This document shows, piece by piece, positions 57,658 to 64,000 of a DNA stretch of 64,000 bases. The notes under the pieces were generated by a model. It had not been told where the DNA came from and did no database searches. It worked only from the letters and a program-made list of their open reading frames with translations. Each line of letters begins with the position of its first letter. Position 1 is the stretch's first letter. The stretch comes from Eledone cirrhosa (lineage: Eukaryota): positions 123,256,001 through 123,320,000 of the forward strand of contig OZ024742.1 in assembly GCA_964016885.1 (NCBI GenBank), given 5' to 3'. Both the position numbers and the translations under genes were made by a program.

Positions 57658-57697
<40 letters not shown>

Positions 57698-57917
57698 GAG
57701 GTTTTTTTACAAAATGAAAAAAAAACGTGGTGTCCTACACGAGTGAAAGTATATGGAAAAAAGATGAAATCGAAAATTCAACTGGAGTCTTTTTTTTTTA
57801 TATATATATTTATTTGGTTCCTTTACCGGTTTCGCAGTTCTTCTGCTTTTCAAAAGTAGAATTGAGATGGAGGGTTTGTGGTTTTTCTCATTCTGCAAGT
57901 TATAACTTCAACTAAGA

Positions 57918-58310
57918 CGGTGCATTGGCAGAATCGTTAGAGTGTCGGACAGCATGCTTTGTGGCATATAGTTACGCCTCTTTACCTTTTGACTTGAAAT
58001 CTCGCCAAGGTTAGCTTTGCCTTTCATCACTACGGGGTCGATAAATAATGTACCAGTAACGAACTGGGGTCAATTTAGCCGGCATTCTCCTCTCCCAAGA
58101 TTGTTGGCCTTGTGCCTAAATGAGAAACCGTTGGAGCGTCAGGCATAATACTTTGCCACATATAGTTACGGTCCTTTACGTTCTGCATACAATTCCTGTC
58201 GAGGTCAACTTTTGTCTGTACCACTACCGAGTTGGATATAATAAAGTACCAATCAAGTACTGGGGTTGGTATATAAAACTTTCCGCTTTCCCCCTAAATT
58301 ACATGCCTAG
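57918..58310 (+). mobile_element. Tandem pair of SINE family 1 copies
   Basis: Two successive bodies. Confidence 0.8.
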
Positions 58311-58702
58311 TGTGTATATCACAAATTATTATATACACAACTACCACTACTACGTATCAAATAATACAGCAGTAGCTAATCATATTTATGATTTGAATAT
58401 TTTTCTTCTCACAGTAAAAAGAGATTACCATTCAGTTTCTATTCTGTTTAAAGCATCGTTTGTCGAAAATTAAATGTCATAGTGCCAAACATATTCTCTT
58501 AAAGCATAACTGATACTTTCTTAACGATAAAACATCATGCGTTCCCTTTCAACATATTTCAAGTTAATGAATGTTACTCTAAAGTTTAAAATCATAATAC
58601 TCCGTATGTCGCCTAGCAGGTAGCCTGCTTCATAAGATCACTTTGAAATCGTTCCATGCCTTATGTAGCTTTTACTCCGTTTGAAACTGAAAGAAATATC
58701 AG

Positions 58703-59508
<806 letters not shown>

Positions 59509-59518
59509 TATACATATA

Positions 59519-59647
<129 letters not shown>

Positions 59648-59943
59648 ATAACATCATACATTGTGTCATTTCACTAACATTTATAATGTTGATCTTCCCT
59701 GAATTAGTTTAATCTGATTTTAACAATTTTATTTTATTTTCTATTCAGATTAATTTCTATTTACGTCTACCTTTTATATCCTTTATTGTGAATTTACTCA
59801 CTGAAATTAACAGTGTCTTTCCTCAGTGAAGATGTTCAAAATATAATTATATTAGAATGATTTATGGATGAAAACAAAGGCAACATTTTACCTTCATCTT
59901 TATTTTAAAATTACCACTATCATGGTTTAAAAGAGGATATTCA

Positions 59944-59985
59944 GTCACTGATGAAATCCTAATACAGTATCGAATTTAGTTTGGC
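59944..59985 (+). ncRNA. Decayed minimal hammerhead
   Basis: gtca-CTGATGA-aatcctaatacagtatc-GAAT-TTAG-TT-tggc; several mismatches. Confidence 0.35.
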
Positions 59986-61118
59986 AGATCATTATTTTTT
60001 ATTCCACAGCTTTATTGTATATACAAATATCTACATTTGCTAATACCGTATACTATTGTAGGGATCATATACAGAAATATTCCACATTAGAGAATACATT
60101 TTTGACAAAACACTGTTAATATACCCGAAATTCCTTAATCGAACTAGCTCAAAACCTGTGTTTTATAAATGCCAATTGTTCCATCCCCTTTACCTAGGCA
60201 ATTACTAATAGGTTTATAAGCAGGTTATATCAGGGCAATTAATGAGAATATTCAATAACTGATGAATTTACAATACAGGGCTCAAATCAACCTGGCTGAA
60301 CCCTCTTCTTTATGTCCGCAAATATATTGTGGATACATACAAGATATTTACATCTATATTGCACAATTGGCCCCAAATCTAAAATACATATAATATAGTA
60401 CAGTATAGTATAGTATTTATTAAACCAAACCTTTAAAATTCCCTTGTCGGTGATAATCTCACTTTTAACTATCATAATATAATAACACTGAAATGCATAG
60501 GGTTGTACAACTCATAAACTAGCGTCAACACATAAATGATATCAATTACAAGATAACAATTACAATCACTCAAAAACAGTTATGATTTGCAGGATATTGT
60601 TGGAGAAGTTATACATAAGCTACTATTGTGGGAACCAACTCACGGGAGACGCAGCAATCTAAGACCTCTTTGAACATTCATCGATCAACTCCCAAACGAT
60701 ACAGACTTGAGCAAGAACCTTACCAGGAGCAATGGAAAATCGTGAATTGCGGTCTCAATGGGGAATATCTACCACTAAACCTGTATAACAAATTGAGATG
60801 AAACATTCTTGTGAAATAAATTTCAAGTACTCAATTCAAGGACACGCTCCCAATTTGTTAATTGTAAAAGATTGATATTACTTATAGTCTTTTACACTTT
60901 TAGTAGATTTACATATTAGGCACCGACCATGCTATGGCACAACCATTAAAACATTTAGTCGATCGTATCAATGCTAGGAGCTATGTATGTTTTTAAAGCT
61001 GGTATTTATTCCATCGGTCTCTCTATATAAAACTGATATGTTACATAGCATAAAAACAATTCCGTTTTCTAAGCTGGGTAGACGTAAACACATACATACA
61101 CACACACACACAAACATA

Positions 61119-61291
61119 TTATATCTGTATTTTTGACCGTTGGTCAGTCAATGATAAACATTGAGGACCGAATGAATTAACTGTGGAGATATAAAAGATA
61201 CAGAAGCGAAAACCAGCCAAACAGTGAGTGTGTTCTGTTATTATTTCTGGCAATATTATTACACCAAATGACCCTCCCCAAGTATAACAAT
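61119..61291 (+). mobile_element. Copy of the 32641-32810 element
   Basis: Direct sequence match; between (CA)n and (TA)n. Confidence 0.75.
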
Positions 61292-61352
61292 ACATATACA
61301 TGTATGTATATATGTATATATATATATATGTTTATGTATATATATATATATA

Positions 61353-61393
<41 letters not shown>

Positions 61394-62254
61394 CCATAGG
61401 GATTGTTCTATAAATATATTTTCATATATTAGACGGACTAAATCAGCCTCAAGTATTTACATATGACATCCCTAACGATAAATACACATCACCATATGAA
61501 TGGAACAATATATCCAGGAGATAAAGAAATATGTCTGCAAAAGTCGTTATTAAAATATCAGCCACATAGACATAATCATAATACTTAATTATGTTAGTAA
61601 TGCAACAAGAATTTCATGTTAAATAAATTGTATTTCACTGCAGTACGTACGCATTTGACAGCAGATATGAATAACTATACAATACTTCAAACATCCTTCA
61701 TTATGAAATCCAACAGCTTAGAAAAAAACAGTTGAAATGAAGTAGCTTTTGATTATTCCTAGCTTCAGCAAAATATCAAAGTGAATTAGTAATCTTTTAT
61801 CATGTAAGTTATAATGCCCACAAAAATGCAAGCATCTTCTAAGCAATTATTAACATTGTACTATTTTTGTTCTTTCATTTAATGTAACTGTGTGTTCTTC
61901 GTTAAATATATCACATTCTCAGATATATTCATTTCAATGAAAGATACTTGTACAAGTCTTAAAGTCGAACATTTTCAATTTCTCTGTCTTTTATCAGCAA
62001 TCTTTCGCAACAGATGTCATTTTCCGGTGAACTACTTGCTATCGTTGTCATTGTAATGATCTCCCTTCCGCACATCCATGTCTTTTGTCATGGCGAGTTA
62101 ACGTGGAAGTCTTTACATGATCACTCGTCTCGTTTAATATATAAGATATATACCGCTCAAATCCCAACAAACCATCATTTAAACAATTTGAACTACCACA
62201 TATAGTTACGTTTAGTATGTGTACTCAATCCCGGTTCATATGGAGCTAATAACA

Positions 62255-62440
62255 GTTTCTAATTTAGGCAAAAGGGGTAACAATTTAAAAGGAAAAGGAA
62301 ATCAATTACTACATTTTAGTGATTCGGTAAGGATGAATGGCAAAGCAAACCTCAGTGGGGTTTGAACTAAAAAATTCAGGGATGTAGCTATATGTCACAA
62401 AGTATGTTGTCGGACACTCTACCGTTATTACCAATCCACT
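62255..62440 (-). mobile_element. SINE family 1, diverged
   Basis: Head, body and tail motifs. Confidence 0.75.
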
Positions 62441-63595
62441 GGTCTCCATATATATAGAGAGAGAAAGTTTTGTAGCTTGCTTGAATAGGAAACACAAATT
62501 AAAATTTTGAAGACCAAAACAATGCGTATGAAGAATGTTGAGTTGCCAAGATAACAAAAAGATCTTGCCTTTAACGATCTCAAATATTTTCTGGTTTAAA
62601 AATAGATTATCAAAACCCATTATAAGAGACTTAACAATCGAATTTTAAGTCTCTCATAGGGTTACTCCCTTGATAATGGGATCATTAAATTTGCTAAGGT
62701 AAGATTCTTTTGTTATCTTAGCAATTTAACATTTTTCATACGCATTGTAAATTTGTGTTTCATATATATATATATCTGTGTGGCGGGGGAGGGGGGGTTT
62801 GTGTGTGTATCGTAAGGGGGTAGAAAGAGAGGGGGGAAAAAGAGAGCGGATGAGTGATGGATATTTTTGTATTTATTGCTGTGACCTCCGCTCCATCCTC
62901 TCTATCGATCTCGCTTGTTTTTTGTTTCTGGTCAGACTTATGTCTTACCACTTTTTTGGATTAACTCATCCTCCTTTTCTCTCTCTCTCCCTCACTCATC
63001 CCCGCTCTCTTTCTCCCCGCTCTCTCTCTGTCTCCCTACAACTCCCATTTTTTCGTCTCTTTCTCTCTATATGCCGTTCTCACCGAGAATAGACGTGTTC
63101 TCTTAGCTCTCTCACTGTTAATAAGGTCCCTGCGCTTAAACGCAATTGCCTACTATTAACTTCGTCCTCTCTCTCCCCTCGGTTACGTTACTTACATGTG
63201 TCATTGCCCTGTGTTTCCCCCTTCTATCGGCATCTTTTTTTTTTTCGTTTTTCTTCCGTCTCTGTCTTTGCTATCGCCTCTTTTTCGTCTTTTCTTTCCC
63301 TAATAACTTGTTGATAATAACTTATTGGCGCGCTACGGATAGTTGAATTGTTTTTAATGCACTGAAACATCCGTGACCCGTAGTAGATGAAGGGAAAATG
63401 TATATCTCTTGTTTGTGATCACTTTACTTTCTAACAATATATATATATATCAAGTAAGAATATTTTCGAAACAGCGAGTGGGTTTGAAATTATTAGAAAT
63501 ATAATCTATCGCCGTATTTTGACTAAAGAAATTAAAGAAATTATTTAGCCTGATAGTGGGGTTAAGAACCCTCGGAGAAATGGAAAAAGATGAGT

Positions 63596-63660
63596 ATTGA
63601 CGTACATGGGAGTCGAACCCACATCTTTGGTTATCCGGACCACTGGGCTACCATTTACAT
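63596..63660 (-). other. tRNA-derived fragment (pseudogene or SINE head)
   Basis: Minus strand ends ...gatgtgggttcgactcccatgtacgtc with a T-arm; 5' half incomplete. Confidence 0.5.
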
Positions 63661-63679
63661 ATATATATATATATAGTTG

Positions 63680-63802
63680 AAAAAAAGGAAAATAATGACT
63701 TCACTTGTAGTGTTAAAAAATAATTTATAATATTATAATATTATCAAATTAAATCAAAATGTGTTAACACTACAAGTGAAGTCATTCTTTTCCTTTTTTT
63801 AA
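63680..63802. repeat. Short inverted repeat next to (TA)n
   Basis: aaaaaaaggaaaataatgacttcacttgtagtgttaa vs ttaacactacaagtgaagtcattcttttccttttttt. Confidence 0.8.
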
Positions 63803-63880
63803 ATATACCTAACTGTACCAAGGATCTCACACATTTTCCAATATATATATTTATAGTGAACCATGTTATTGCTATTAGAT

Positions 63881-63938
<58 letters not shown>

Positions 63939-63939
<1 letters not shown>

Positions 63940-64000
63940 GTAGGAGGTGAGTTTTATTGTAGCACTATAAAGCAATCCAAATAACGGATAAGTAGCACTC
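63939..64000 (-). mobile_element. Family D 3' terminus (runs off window)
   Basis: (TA)n-tgtaggaggtgagttttattgtag...ggataagtagcactc matches 46171-46233. Confidence 0.8.

Overview
AT-rich, repeat-saturated eukaryotic DNA. The SINE, LINE and microsatellite content looks cephalopod/Octopus-like, which is an inference. No intact host protein-coding gene is supportable, and nearly all tracked ORFs are translations of (TA)n, (CA)n, (CT)n or (TAC)n repeats. Recognisable content: many copies of two tRNA-headed SINE families, RTE, CR1/Jockey and Tx1 LINE remnants, an internally deleted mariner, and a 2.4-kb palindrome of two head-to-head Penelope-like GIY-YIG endonuclease 3' fragments. The main unexplained signal is a set of at least five unrelated short non-coding elements sitting in (TA)n tracts, often as head-to-head inverted pairs. 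They carry minimal type I hammerhead ribozyme folds (CUGANGA / stem II / GAAA / tiny, usually palindromic stem III / NUH), with a compensatory base-pair change between copies in one family. This suggests a Penelope-mobilised retrozyme-like system targeting TA microsatellites. Local flanking DNA has also been copied in inverted orientation into TA tracts. All structures were paired by eye and coordinates of decayed repeats are approximate.
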